Counted from the stretch's first letter, positions 45,215-58,273 are shown. The stretch: DNA of 64,000 nucleotides from Eledone cirrhosa (GCA_964016885.1 OZ024740.1:27032001-27096000), one strand, 5' to 3'. The notes: a model not told the origin generated them from the sequence alone. Numbers and translations are program-made.

Positions 45215-45494
45215 TCTTAAAGCTTGAGTTGACCCGAGATTATATTTGTCTAAGTTACTTTTTCAAGATGTCAGATAATGGAATAGGACTCAGAACTTCC
45301 TAACTAATAAACATAAACCCTCTTTCTCTCTATCACACATACACACATATATGTGTGTGTATGTGTGTGTATGTGTATGTGTATGTGTTCATGTGTGTGT
45401 GTGTGTGTATACATACATGGTCTGAGCAGCAATTCAATTACGTTGAGATGAGAATACTTTTCACATATGCACAGACAGACAATTATAAAAGTGA

Positions 45495-45800
45495 CATATA
45501 CACATGCGTATAGATACACATTGATAGTATATACACATGCGTATACATACACATTGATAGTATATACACATGCGTATACATACACATTGATAGTATATAC
45601 ACATGCGTATACATACACATTGATAGTATATACAGATGCGTATACATACACATTGATAGTATATACACATGCGTATGCATACACATTGATAGTATATACA
45701 CATGCGTATACATACATGTTGGTAGTATATACACATGCGTATGCATACATGTTGGTAGTATATACACATGCGTATACATACATGTTGGTAGTATATATGT
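45495..45800. repeat. 33-bp minisatellite, about 9 units
   Basis: Unit tatatacacatgcgtatacatacacattgatag. Confidence 0.92.
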
Positions 45801-45904
45801 GGGTCTGTGTGTATATAACTTCCACTGTGTCTACTTGATTGTCTACACACGACTATATAAACCTATTTCAAACAGAGAATGCGAGAGAAAAAAGAGAAAG
45901 TGAG

Positions 45905-46520
45905 AGAAACAGACAGACATACAGACAGACAGACAGATGAGAGACAGACAGACAGACAGACATACAGACAGACTGACTGACAGACAGACAGACAGACATA
46001 CAGACAGACTGACTGACAGACAGACAGACTGGCAGACAGTCTGACATACAGACTGACAGACAGACTGACAGATAGACTGACAGGCAGACTGACAGGCAGA
46101 CTGACAGGCAGACTGACATACATACATTAGACAGACAGACAGACATACAGACATACATACAGACATACATACAGACAGACATACAGACAGACATACATAC
46201 AGACATACATACAGACAGACATACCAACTGACAGACATACAGACAGACACACAGACATACAGACATACATACAGACAGACATACCAACTGACAGACATAC
46301 AGACAGACACACAGACATACAGACATACCAACTGACAGACATACAGACAGACATACAGACATACAGACATACATACATACATACATACCAACTGACATAC
46401 ATACAGACAGACATACAGACATACAGACATACAGACAGACAGACATACATACAGACATGCAGACAGGCAGACAGACACACAGACAGACATGCAGATAGAC
46501 CAACTGACAGACAGAGACTA
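45905..46520. repeat. Compound (CAGA/CATA)n microsatellite
   Basis: Tetranucleotide periodicity. Confidence 0.9.
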
Positions 46521-46939
46521 ACAGTCTTCCTCGCCTACGTTACGTCACCAGGAAAACACCTTTAACATGAGAAATTATACCTCGGCAGTTGCTTTCATGT
46601 TGTTAACGACTGGAAGGTGTAAGGGAGACTACTATTGTTTGCCTAATTTCATTTAACTTCTGAGAAGGCAAAGCCATCAGAAAAATGTTTGTTTTAGTGG
46701 ATATGTTTGAGTAAAAGTAAACATTTTAATTTAGATTTTAATCGATTTTAGAAAAAAAAATATTAATGTATACAGGAATTGTTAGTGAACAAGGTTATTG
46801 ATCTTTCTATCTACCCCATCTTTCCACTTTTTTCTCAACCCTCTTTTCACTTTAGATGGCATCAAGTGATCCATCTAGGATGATTAAGTTTGATATAGGT
46901 TTGCTACCCATTGATGGGTATTTCACTTATTTTCTCCCC

Positions 46940-47234
<295 letters not shown>

Positions 47235-47249
47235 TATATATATATATAT

Positions 47250-47432
47250 ATATCATAAATCATGTCTATAGAATTATTAGATAAATAAAATCAATACCAT
47301 TTCCTCTGCCAATCACCATAATTAACCATATAAAAAATTAATTAGACATATATGGTTAATTATGCTGATTGGCAGAGGAAATGGTATATATTTTATTTAT
47401 CTAATAATTCTATAGACATGATTTATGATATA
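47250..47432. repeat. Fold-back palindrome between (TA)n tracts
   Basis: ccatttcctctgccaatca / tgattggcagaggaaatgg; arms about 80 bp. Confidence 0.85.
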
Positions 47433-47517
47433 TTGCTCTGATTATTTAATTTATTAATTCTTCAGAGAGCCACAAAGTGACCGGTTGTAACATATATAAC
47501 TTTATGTATATGTAAAC

Positions 47518-47587
<70 letters not shown>

Positions 47588-47630
47588 AAAATGTTAACAA
47601 ATGAAAAATATTCTCATAATTAAAATAAAT

Positions 47631-47691
47631 ACTTTATCATATATATTTCAAAGGTACTGTGTTGTTTCAGTACGTTTTCATCAGACAAAAT
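47631..47691 (-). ncRNA. Hammerhead motif (family A), cleavage site mutated to UG
   Basis: Minus strand: attttgt CTGATGA aaac-gtactg..cagtac-cttt GAAA tatata TG ataaagt. Confidence 0.65.
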
Positions 47692-48309
47692 ATATGATTT
47701 GATATATGACATACTGCTACGGTCTTGATTATTCAATTCCAGTTTTGGCAGTGATTTATTTCATCAAATCTCAACGTCTTTATACCACAAATAATATGAT
47801 AAACTTAAAGAAGAAAAGGATGTAGAGCAAATTAGATATATATATATATATATATACACATAGTAATTACTCCACCTATGCCGAATAAGAGATAATAATT
47901 ATACACCATATTTAAGCTTATGTTTGAGACGTTGTCACTCAGTTTAGACAGAGAGATTCTCGACCTTTTTACCCCTGTGAAACCATTACAATAGGTGTCA
48001 CGTCTCAGGAAAGCCCTGCATGAAAATTATTATATGCCATTATTAATATCAATCTCTTTTAGAGATTAAGGCCTTTAAAACCAAGGATATTCCAACGATA
48101 TGCGGTACGTGTACAGTAAAATTATGAATATAAAACTAAACAAACATTACTAAAATATGCATTAGAGTATTAATCACAATTTCTCGCGGAATCTCAAGTG
48201 ACTTATTACAGAACCCTAGAGTTCGGGGGGAAACGAGTTGAGAGAAATTAGTTTAGACTAATGTAGAGAAACTGGATAACTGTTCAAATACAACAGTCTG
48301 CACACTATG

Positions 48310-48455
48310 AAGGCGCATGGCTTAGTGGTTAGATCATTGGACTTGCAATCGAAAGGTTGTGAGTTTAATTCTCGGACCGGGTGATGTGTTGTTTCCTTGA
48401 GCAAATCACTTTATTTCACGTTGCTCCAGTTTACTCAGTTGTAGAATTGAGATGG
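48310..48455 (+). mobile_element. SINE family 2 copy
   Basis: ggcgcatggcttagtggttag head and ccttgagcaaatcactttatttcacgttgctccagt core. Confidence 0.75.
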
Positions 48456-48952
48456 AGTCCCTATCATTAAATCACCCAATATACCTCCAACGAGATATAC
48501 CTTGAAGGAGGGCAGCTAAACCTGCATAGGTGTGAGCTATCAGACACACAAACTACTGTAAATAGGGACGGACTGTTGGTGATGAAAAACCGAATGCGTA
48601 CATGGCCCCTTAAAATATACATCACATCATATGGGCTTCTGAAGATATTCCGGTACCCGACTACTATCTAAATTATACGAATTACTGTGAAATATAAGCA
48701 AATATGAAAACGTTATTTTTTGTTTCTCTTCCTGGACAGAAAATATAAATATTACTTTTACAATATTTTACTTGGGGAGGAAATAAACGTGTGTATATAA
48801 TAGCTTACATTTCGTAGCATTTTGATAATTAGAAAATATTAGGAATTTCAAATTATCCGTTAAACGCTGGGATGTGTATCAACATTATATAAACACGTAC
48901 ATATATATATATAGAGAGAGAAAGATATATAGATATAGATAGATAGATAGAT

Positions 48953-49036
48953 ATATTTCTTTATTAGCCACAGGGGCACAAAAGAAGGGGACAAATACAA
49001 ATGGGGAAGTTTACATACAATAAAAACGTGTAAAAA
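48953..49036 (-). mobile_element. About 85 nt 3'-terminal fragment of a related Tx1-like element
   Basis: atatttctttattagccacaggggcacaaaagaaggggacaaatacaaatggggaagtttaca is similar to 49052-49113; (GATA)n on both sides. Confidence 0.8.
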
Positions 49037-49316
49037 GATAGATAGATAGATATATTTCTTTTATTTGCCACTAGGGCATCAAAAGTGGGACAAGTACAAA
49101 GGGGGGAGTTTACACAAAAAGGCGTCCTCAATAAGGAGGAGGCAATAACAAAATATAAAAATAAAATAAGATATAACAAAAAATAAAATTTTTAACAAAA
49201 TCCTCAATAGTGAGGAGGCGCCTTGGGGGGTCGCACACACCCCCGAAAAAAGTGTGCAACCCTTCTCCTCAGGAGCACAGAGAAGGGGTGCTCCCTTGGT
49301 CTTTCATCTTCCTCAC

Positions 49317-52300
49317 CTATAGTCTGATGTAGAGTGAAGGCCCATTCACACGGGCCATTCTCGCCACTTTCACCCATCTTTCATAGAAACGGCTGGGGTG
49401 CAGCACCTCTCTCTCCATCCTGATCCTTCTTCCGAAATGATATCGGAAGAAACGGACCAGTTGTTGGCCAGAGAGAAAGGTGCCCGACCTCAGTCCTTTC
49501 AGACGCGTCCACCATACAACCTCTTTCGCCATGGCTATTACGCACAGAAACACCGCCTCTGCTTCATCTTTGAAGGGGGGAGGCGGCTTGATCATTACAA
49601 TAGACTCGGTGGTCAACCGGATCGGCCCCACCCTTGACAGCAGTTGTTCGACATAGCCCCACAGATCGGCTACGCCCGAGCAGTGTACTAATGCGTGTGC
49701 AACGGTTTCCTCGTCGCACACGCATCTGGGACAGATCTTTTTGGCGGGGTCCCTACCCGGGCGCCCGTGTCTGTAGAGCCTTTCTCGAACGGGTAAAGCC
49801 CCTCGGTAGCACTGCCAGGCCAGGGACTTCTGGAAGTTGTCCATAGGTCCCGGGCTGAATGTCCTACCGAACAGGCTGGCCAGTTCGTCCTCCTCCATGT
49901 CTAGGGCTTCTCCGAGGGCGTCGTCGCACCTGCTGCGTACCAGCCCTCTATAGAATGTTGCGGTGGAGTCTCCACTGATAACCGGATCCGCCTGCCAGAG
50001 GGCGGTGAGCGCCTGGGCACACTCAGTGTGCCAGGCGCCCAGTTTTCTCGGTCTTTGCTTGACCCAGGATTGCAGCTCGGTGAGTGAGACGAGTCTGGGA
50101 AAGGTTCGTCTCACAAACGAGGCCCACACCGGTTGTCCGGTGAGGAATACGTAGAGGTGCCGTAGCCTTAATGCGTGTTTACGCATCATTAGCCACGGCA
50201 TCCCCAGCCCTCCTTTCGAAGGGTGTTGACAGCAGATGGATCTCCTCACCATAGGAGCCCGCCTCTTCCAAAGGAATTGGAAGAGCGCGCGCTCCATCTT
50301 GGTGAGGGTTTCCCTTGGGCAGGGCACTACGGTCAGGCGGTAGTAGATGACGGACGCTATGTAGGTGTTCGCCACCTCCGCCCGGCCTTTCAGGGATAGT
50401 TTGCAACTGGCCCACTTCTGGGTCAGTGCAAACACCCTGTTCGTAACCTCCGCCCAGTTTTTCTCCACCTGGAGGTCCGGTCCGAACCAGACCCCGAGCA
50501 ACTTCACCGGGCCCTCCGTCCAGCGTCCGACGACGCTATCGGAGGGCATCGGTCTGCCCCTCCACGTGCCGAGTTGCAAACCGATCGACTTGTCCCGGTT
50601 CAGCTTAGCCCCTGTGAACTTTTCGTACTCCTCCAGTAAGGTGCCGACCGCCTCGATTTCGGAGGCCGTCGACACCATTACTGTCACGTCATCGGCGTAG
50701 GCCGACACCGCTTTCCGCAATCCCGGTTCCAAAGGGATGCCCTGCAACAACTCCAACTTCCGCAGTAGTGGCTCGAGAGTCAACACATACAGAAGGGAGG
50801 AGAGAGGGCACCCTTGTCGGATGGACCGCGCGATTTTGAACGGCTCCGAGAGGTAGCCGTTCACCTTGATCCTAGAGCAGATGCGGCTGCTGTGCATAGC
50901 AGTGATCCAGCCCCTGAAAACGGGTCCGAAGCCTGCCGCCGCTAGCACCGCATCCAGGTAACCATGGTCGACCCTATCGAACGCCTTAGATTGATCCAAG
51001 TTGATCAGAGCCCCACCAAAGCCGGGTTCGTTCCCAACCCTCTCTATGATGTATCGCATGAGGTGGAGGTTGTCATGGATGGACCTGGACGGGATAGCGC
51101 ATGTCTGCGCATCTCCCACCAGGTTGCCCACGACAAGCGCCAACCTCTTTGCTAGCACCTTGGCCAAAATCTGTAACTCTGTATTTAGCAGTGTTATGGG
51201 CCTGAAGTTACTTATTTCGTCCCCCTTGTTCTCGTCCTTCCTCACTAGCGTGACTACGCCCTTGGTCACAGTACAGGGAATTCTCCCGTTCTGTTGCCAG
51301 TTGCAGTAGACCGCCTCGAGGAGATCGGGGAACAAGTCCGGCATAGCTAGATATAATTCGTAAGGAAGACCATCGAGACCCGGGGATTTGCGTTTGCCGC
51401 ATTGGCTCAGCACGTCCTCTATCTCAGCGGCCGAAATCGGCTCTTCGCAGGACTTCGCCTCCCTGTCCGAGAGGCGCGGCAGGCCGTCGAGGTATGGACC
51501 GAAGTCCACGTTCCCAACCGGCTCCCCGCCCCTCCCGAACAGTCGGGCAAAGTGCCTTTGAAAGGCCTCACACATCTGCTTAGGCTCAAGAATCGCCCGT
51601 CCATCCAGGTCTCGCAAAGACCGGATGGTGGATTTAGTTCCACTGTTGGCCTCTGTCACGCGGGCCCAGCTAACAGCTTTGGTCCCCTCGTTCCCTAGAG
51701 CACGTATTTTACTTCGGACAACGCAGCCTTCGTGCTTCGCGTCGAAAAACTGGCTCAAAGCCGTTCTCGACGCTAGCACTCTGGCCACGTCGCCGCTTCT
51801 AATTGCCTCTTCTACTCTATCTATTAGCTCCCTTTCCTTCCTATTCCTATCCGCAGCTAGAACCTTACTAAATTCTATCGAGACTACTCTAATCTCTCTC
51901 TTTAGAGATACCCACCACCTGCTGTTGACGATCGCTCCAGTCAACCGTTCCTTAACTAACGTACTAATCCGATTCCTGTAGGCTCTACTTGCCGGCAAGG
52001 ACAAGTTGAGCTTCCAGTAACCGGGGCCCTGTCTATGAGTTCTGTCAAGGTTGACCATGCAGGTCACTAATTTGTGGTCTGAATAGCCAACAATGCGCAT
52101 TTTTGGACAACTTAAAAAGTCCTTATCCTTAATTCTAACTAAGAACCTATCTAGGTACGACCTAGATGATCCGCTACGATTTGCCCAAGTCCAGGTTGGC
52201 GCAGTCGGAAAATCTAGTCGATATCTATCGGCCAGGTCAAATCGACCGATTAACCCTTTGAGGCTATTACACCCCTCTCTATCGGGGCAGGCCCCTACGT

Positions 52301-52754
52301 AGTCCCAGCGTGCATCTAGGATACCATTCCAGTCCCCCACTAATAGCAAGGAGCGGGACGTCCCTAGAAAAGTCTCCAGACGATGGAAGAAGTCCGGCCG
52401 CATTGACCCGAAAGGGCCGTAGGCGGCTACCAACCTAAACGCTCCGCCTTTACCACTGCCAAGGTCCAGAACCACTAGTCGACCCTCCGGGTCCAAATGT
52501 ACCATCTGTGTTGCGAGACCCAGATGTTTTTGCAGCAGAACGACAACTCCACCCCCACCTCCGGGCTGACAGAGAGATGCGTGCATCTCAAAGTCATCAA
52601 AGGTGGGGGCCAGCTGTCGCACGTTGCTGATCCGGGCCTCGCAAATAACCATCACATCTATACGTTGTGACCTGAGGTCATTTAGAAGCATTGCTTGCTT
52701 CCAAGTTGAGCCCAGGCCACGCGCATTTAAACAGCCTACTCTTAGCATAGCCAT
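49317..52754 (-). CDS. LINE ORF2: APE endonuclease + reverse transcriptase + C-terminal Zn motif (L1/Tx1 clade)
   Basis: APE motifs LNARGL, GDWNG, YLDRFL, YSDH; RT motifs KSPGLDG, FRPITLLN, DQSKAFDRV, RQGCPLS, AYADD; KGGLG; C-terminal CPRC..ETVAHALVHC. The frame is open from 52778, with the first ATG at 52754. Confidence 0.97.
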   Translation of the reverse strand: MAMLRVGCLNARGLGSTWKQAMLLNDLRSQRIDVMVICEARISNVRQLAPTFDDFEMHASLCQPGGGGGVVVLLQKHLGLATQMVHLDPEGRLVVLDLGSGKGGAFRLVAAYGPFGSMRPDFFHRLETFLGTSRSLLLVGDWNGILDARWDYVGACPDREGCNSLKGLIGRFDLADRYRLDFPTAPTWTWANRSGSSRSYLDRFLVRIKDKDFLSCPKMRIVGYSDHKLVTCMVNLDRTHRQGPGYWKLNLSLPASRAYRNRISTLVKERLTGAIVNSRWWVSLKREIRVVSIEFSKVLAADRNRKERELIDRVEEAIRSGDVARVLASRTALSQFFDAKHEGCVVRSKIRALGNEGTKAVSWARVTEANSGTKSTIRSLRDLDGRAILEPKQMCEAFQRHFARLFGRGGEPVGNVDFGPYLDGLPRLSDREAKSCEEPISAAEIEDVLSQCGKRKSPGLDGLPYELYLAMPDLFPDLLEAVYCNWQQNGRIPCTVTKGVVTLVRKDENKGDEISNFRPITLLNTELQILAKVLAKRLALVVGNLVGDAQTCAIPSRSIHDNLHLMRYIIERVGNEPGFGGALINLDQSKAFDRVDHGYLDAVLAAAGFGPVFRGWITAMHSSRICSRIKVNGYLSEPFKIARSIRQGCPLSSLLYVLTLEPLLRKLELLQGIPLEPGLRKAVSAYADDVTVMVSTASEIEAVGTLLEEYEKFTGAKLNRDKSIGLQLGTWRGRPMPSDSVVGRWTEGPVKLLGVWFGPDLQVEKNWAEVTNRVFALTQKWASCKLSLKGRAEVANTYIASVIYYRLTVVPCPRETLTKMERALFQFLWKRRAPMVRRSICCQHPSKGGLGMPWLMMRKHALRLRHLYVFLTGQPVWASFVRRTFPRLVSLTELQSWVKQRPRKLGAWHTECAQALTALWQADPVISGDSTATFYRGLVRSRCDDALGEALDMEEDELASLFGRTFSPGPMDNFQKSLAWQCYRGALPVRERLYRHGRPGRDPAKKICPRCVCDEETVAHALVHCSGVADLWGYVEQLLSRVGPIRLTTESIVMIKPPPPFKDEAEAVFLCVIAMAKEVVWWTRLKGLRSGTFLSGQQLVRFFRYHFGRRIRMEREVLHPSRFYERWVKVARMARVNGPSLYIRL

Positions 52755-52778
52755 GTTGGTGGTGAAGAGAAAAGGCAC

Positions 52779-54557
52779 TTACCTCTCTGCGTCCCGGGTA
52801 TCGGGCTGCACAATTTCCATTAGGGTGGGGGATGGGTTGTTGGGTGGGGTGGTGGTTTGTGGAAGTGTGGGGGCATCAGTGTGTTGTGTGGTTGGGGAGC
52901 TTGGAGTTGTGAGGGTGTTTGGGGAGGGGGTGGGATAGTTTTTTAGGAGGACGCGGTTAATGGGCCCGACGCAGGGGGGACCCACGTCCTCTTTAAAATT
53001 GTTTTTTAAAGTTTTATAGGTGTCCTGTGGGGCCTTAATCATTTTGAGGTGGGGGAAATCCCCTGCCTGGGTGAAGTTAGGCCCTTGTGTTTTTATTAGA
53101 TTGTTGTTGTACACAATGTTTAACAGTTTTTTGTTTCTTGTATTTATGTATGTGTATGCATGTTTTTGTTTTTGTGTGGTGTTTTTTGTTTGCTGTTGTG
53201 AGCTCTTTTGTGTTGGTGTCAGTGTTATGTTTTGGGGAGGGTTTTTTTTCATTTGTGTGTCTGAGGTGTGTTTTCTTTTTTTTCTTTTGATTGTGTGGAA
53301 GTGCTCCTCCTCGTCTGACGACGAACTAGGGTCATCTTCCGCGTTGGAGGGGAGGGGTATATTTTCGGGTTGTGTTTGCGGTACGGGTGTTTTGGAAATT
53401 GTTTTTGTTTTTTGAGTGGAGGGGATGGGTTGGACATTGTTTTGTTTTGGTTTGAGCTGTGGTGGTTGTTTTTGTAGTGGTAGTTGTGGTGATTGTGTTG
53501 GTTGTGCAGCTGTTGGTGGTGTAGGCAGGATTGGGGTTTTCTTATTAAGTTGGGGACAGACAGCCCTCAGGTGACCTCTGGTTCCGCAGAGGTAACACGA
53601 GGGCCGTCTACCCTCAACGGTAATGTTGATGAAGGTTAGATCATCCAGTATGACGCGTTCAGGGATCTGGGCGATCCTTTCGGGCCTCATTTGAACTACA
53701 AGTTCGAGGCTCGTTCCACTGAACGCGTCACCCGATGCCTTTCCCATGGACACCAGCATGTCATCCTCCAGGTCCAGAAAACCTGTCAAAACCCACCATA
53801 TGTCCATAATCGGCAGGATGGTGTGGATTTTTATTTTTTGTGTTCTTCTACCCATGTACGTAGGGTAGAAGGTGTATGCGGTGGATGTGATTGGTTTGAT
53901 GGACAGTTTCACTGCTGTGTCCCTGTCCTTCATGAGAATGGATAGACTCCCGTAGAGTCTATCCTTCTGAATGAAGGTGATGTCCTTCATGACGTCTTTT
54001 AAAACCAGCTCTATCTCGCTCTGTGATGGTTGAGCTGGTTTTTTACTTTTGTTCGAGATTGTCCTAAACATGACCGTGTTTAGGAGTCTCTGGCTTTTTA
54101 GTTCCGGGGGGGAATGGATTGTGAATGAACCATTTTCCCCGTACACTATATATTTTTTCGCATCCGCCAGTTGCTCCTTCGCTTTTGTTATATCTACTGG
54201 CAGATAGTCGAGGGTTTTCCTTGTCGTCTCGGCGAAGGAGAAATTTTGTTTGTTTGTGTTGTTGTTGTCGTTGGTGGTGTTGTTGTTATCATTGTTGTTG
54301 TTGTCACCGTTATTGGTCTTGTTGTTGTTATTGTTATTGGTGTTGTTTTCGTCCGTCGCATTGTTGTTGTTGCTGTTGCCGCTGGTTCTTTGAGTTGTTG
54401 CCATGGCAACGTCAAGTTGTCGGTTAACAGGTGGAGAGAATTCTTCCTCTGGCTGACCTTTCTTCTTGACCTCTGCTACTGTGACAGTGGCAGGGGGAAG
54501 CTGTAAGTTCATCTTCCCCTTTCCTCCTTCGAATTTTGGTGAAGAAGCTTCGGCCAT
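52779..54557 (-). CDS. LINE (L1/Tx1-type) ORF1, gag-like nucleic-acid-binding protein, 592 aa
   Basis: Uninterrupted ATG-started ORF with a CCHC zinc knuckle CYLCGTRGHLRAVC, an Asn-rich N-terminus and a Pro/Gln/Lys-rich tail; lies directly upstream of an APE-RT ORF. Confidence 0.93.
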   Translation of the reverse strand: MAEASSPKFEGGKGKMNLQLPPATVTVAEVKKKGQPEEEFSPPVNRQLDVAMATTQRTSGNSNNNNATDENNTNNNNNNKTNNGDNNNNDNNNTTNDNNNTNKQNFSFAETTRKTLDYLPVDITKAKEQLADAKKYIVYGENGSFTIHSPPELKSQRLLNTVMFRTISNKSKKPAQPSQSEIELVLKDVMKDITFIQKDRLYGSLSILMKDRDTAVKLSIKPITSTAYTFYPTYMGRRTQKIKIHTILPIMDIWWVLTGFLDLEDDMLVSMGKASGDAFSGTSLELVVQMRPERIAQIPERVILDDLTFINITVEGRRPSCYLCGTRGHLRAVCPQLNKKTPILPTPPTAAQPTQSPQLPLQKQPPQLKPKQNNVQPIPSTQKTKTISKTPVPQTQPENIPLPSNAEDDPSSSSDEEEHFHTIKRKKRKHTSDTQMKKNPPQNITLTPTQKSSQQQTKNTTQKQKHAYTYINTRNKKLLNIVYNNNLIKTQGPNFTQAGDFPHLKMIKAPQDTYKTLKNNFKEDVGPPCVGPINRVLLKNYPTPSPNTLTTPSSPTTQHTDAPTLPQTTTPPNNPSPTLMEIVQPDTRDAER

Positions 54558-54778
54558 TTAAAAAAATATTGACTTTTCAACAAGAAAAAACTTTTTTTTT
54601 GTTTAACTATTTCGCCTAAAGGCGTAGAATATTTTGAGAGACTGACCAGATCAAAGTTTGACCTGGCAGTCCCTCTACAAAATGGTACAAAAATTAAAGT
54701 TATCAGACAAGAATTTCTATAGAAATTTAAACAGAACTTACTCAGCAAGTTATACGCGTGTGTCCATCATAGATAGGC

Positions 54779-54823
<45 letters not shown>

Positions 54824-54839
54824 TCGGTAGGTAGATAAT

Positions 54840-55026
54840 TGTTTCTACTTTTTGGCACAAGGCCAGCAATTATCCAGTGTATTACTGGTACTTTATTTTA
54901 TCGACCCCGTAAGGATGAAAGGCAAAGTCAACCTCGGCGGGATTTGAACTCAGATCGTAAAGGGACGTAACTATGCTGGAAAGCATGGTTTCCGACCCTC
55001 TACCGATACTGCCAATCCAACGCCCT
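54840..55026 (-). mobile_element. Full-length SINE family 1 copy with 18-bp target-site duplication
   Basis: tatcggtaggtagataat at 54822-54839 and 55027-55044. Confidence 0.9.
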
Positions 55027-55227
55027 TATCGGTAGGTAGATAATATTTAGAGATATATATGGATTCGGAAGTATACAGATATAGTTTAACTAAATTCCGC
55101 AATCTTTCGCGCAAAATCACCCAATCACAAATCGTTATTTTTTTTACTTGTTACCAAATACAAACACTTATGTGGGTGGGTGTATATATATATATATATA
55201 TATATACATGTACATATATATGTATAC

Positions 55228-55466
<239 letters not shown>

Positions 55467-55730
55467 TACGTCCACTTCGACTATAGGGGGTTGCCTATAC
55501 GTGTTCACTGTGTTGGCTTTAGTGAAAAGCTTACAATTAAGGCACGCGGTGAATGCGTAGGGGAAGTCCATTAAGCAACTTAAAATCAACAAAGTCGTTC
55601 CTCAGGCGGCCATTGCTATATAACTGTGAGTATGTTATCGTATTTTATAATATGTTCATGTTTCGTCTTCTGTACTTTAATAAAACTATTTTCTGTGTTG
55701 AAGTCTCTCTACCCGTGTTTAAGCTCTTTG

Positions 55731-55801
<71 letters not shown>

Positions 55802-55847
55802 CTCTATCTATCTAAGTAACTAGCTGTATGTATATAGTTATTTAGAC

Positions 55848-55886
<39 letters not shown>

Positions 55887-56423
55887 TATAAATGGAATAG
55901 AATGAAACGAAATTTCATTTCTCACTCTTAGTACGGCACTTACTTAAATGTAAGTATGTATGTATGTATACGTACATACATATATGTATACAGACGTACA
56001 ATAGTATGTATATATATACATACATGCACACACATATATATATGCACGTATCGGTTTACCGAACATTTATTATAATGCTCGGTGTGTTTGTAAACAAACA
56101 GCCCGAATTACGCCGTACAGTGTTTAGGAAACCACCTCACCTTTTTGTTCAACACTGACAAAGGAACGATGTACTAGTTTCAAGCTTATTAGCTATCGTC
56201 AGCATCGTATACCTTCCTGCCAGATGGTTGAACGTCTGAAAGTATATACTTTCCTTATGCATATTAACGGCTGAGCAACATAATTTGGATATCGAGTGAG
56301 TTTATATTATACTATATTATATACATATATATGTGAATATACAAATTATATAATCACATAAATAACAGTTTATTTCTCTCTCTATTTCTTTATTTTCTTT
56401 CTTTGTCCCCTCACCCCCTCTCC

Positions 56424-56495
<72 letters not shown>

Positions 56496-58230
56496 CATCC
56501 ACGTATGTACTCCTCTATGTATACCACATTTGATATTCAATAAAGTGAAACGCTCCAAAACTAAATGTGTTTGTTTTCAATATTTATTTATTACTTTTAT
56601 TGTTGTTAATTATTATCTCATGATGATGATCGGTCAATCCTGTCGGGGTTAACTTTGCCTTTCATCCTTACGGGGTCAATATATAAAGTAATGGAATGAT
56701 GAGATTCTAGAACACCGTCTTTAAATGATATACAAGAAGATGATATTTAGCATGCACCACATAAGAATTCTCCCAAACCGGCTCCGAGGACTAAACTGTT
56801 CCGAAATAAAATGAAGAAGTTCCACCTAATACAACACCTTTTAAATAAAATGTAATAAAAATGTTTACACGTTTTGTTTTATATCAATAAATTTTCTGCA
56901 AAACAAACTTTGTCTCATTTATTGTTTTAGTAAATGTTGAGTGGTGGGGATTGGCTACAAAATATAATTATGGGTTGACAAGGTCTACCAAATTGTTGAT
57001 AAGTTACGCCATTTTCTGAAAGTTCTCGCGAGACTTCCACAGTAATGTAAGTTGGGAGACTACTGTTCTAATGAAATTACTTCGCATTAACTCGCATTAA
57101 CATATAGATTGCTTAACATTGTTCTTCTCTCACACCAAATCATGTTATAACTATTGTTAACAAGTTGATAGATAGATTGATTAGATTCAACCATTGCCTC
57201 TGCTCAGTTACTAAAGCTGCGGAAATACGATGGAAGGGGCTTATTGTGATCTCTTTGATCAATTTGATACGGAGTTACTTAGATAACAATAACCGATGGA
57301 ATGCGTTAAGTGAAGGATCATTCTCTTGAGCGTGTTTCGACCTAATTCACTTTTTATAATGATTATAATGATTTGTTCTATTCTTCTAAGCGAATTCCTT
57401 TATATCATGCATTGCCGTCTAAAACAGCAGATATGTACTCCTAGATATACAATAATTATAGGTAGGCACGCCTAGAAAGTTTTTGATCATCTGCCTGCTA
57501 AATATTGTGAACATCCAAAGGCGAAATACGATGGCTCACTGGAAATTCCATAGGCTGACCACGATGCACTCATGAGGTTTATTTTGCAACATAGTCCCTG
57601 GAAAGAAACAATATAATTATTAATAAGCAGAGTTGAAATTAATGCATGCAAGATTTCACAACTCTTTCATTACTCCTTCATAGTTAACCTATTGACTCTT
57701 TAGTCTAACCTCGTAAGCATATCTGAGAACCAGCTACAGCACTACGGAATTAACGAATGCTCCTATGGCTAGCAATTGCAATTAAATTAAATTAAATTTT
57801 TCCCGTAGAAAATACCAATGATAGCACATCAACTACACACAGATTTGTCGTAGACAACTCATTCTTATATAACACCGGAACCACTACCTCTTACTTTCTC
57901 CCCAACTCTCCCGCCTTCTCTATATATATAATTATATCAATTCCTCTACAAGGTGCACACTTAGGCAGTAACTTCTATAGTATTCAATACGTACTCGAAT
58001 ATATATTCTGTTCCCCTACATAGTATTACACGCCATTCCTGTAATACTATGTAATCGTTAAAAGCAATGAGCCGGAATCTGGGAGATAGGAGGTTCGATT
58101 CCTCGCTGCGGTCGATGACAAGTTGCGTCTCTAAATGTCTTCACTTTATTTTATTAGCTATTTTGTAGCATCTTCGCTCATCAGTACAATATTCTTTATA
58201 TAAATACACACACACAGACATACACAGACC

Positions 58231-58273
<43 letters not shown>

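Larger units (their letters stand above)
49051..54770 (-). mobile_element. Apparently full-length, intact Tx1-like non-LTR retrotransposon
   Basis: About 210 nt 5' UTR, ORF1, ORF2 and a 3' UTR ending AATAAAAGAAATATA; (GATA)n on both sides. Confidence 0.93.

Noticed and set aside
49398-54506. Short ORFs antisense to or overlapping the LINE ORFs
   Set aside because: Shadows of GC-rich coding sequence
58045-58115. tRNA-like B box ggttcgattcc
   Set aside because: No cloverleaf could be folded; probably a decayed SINE head
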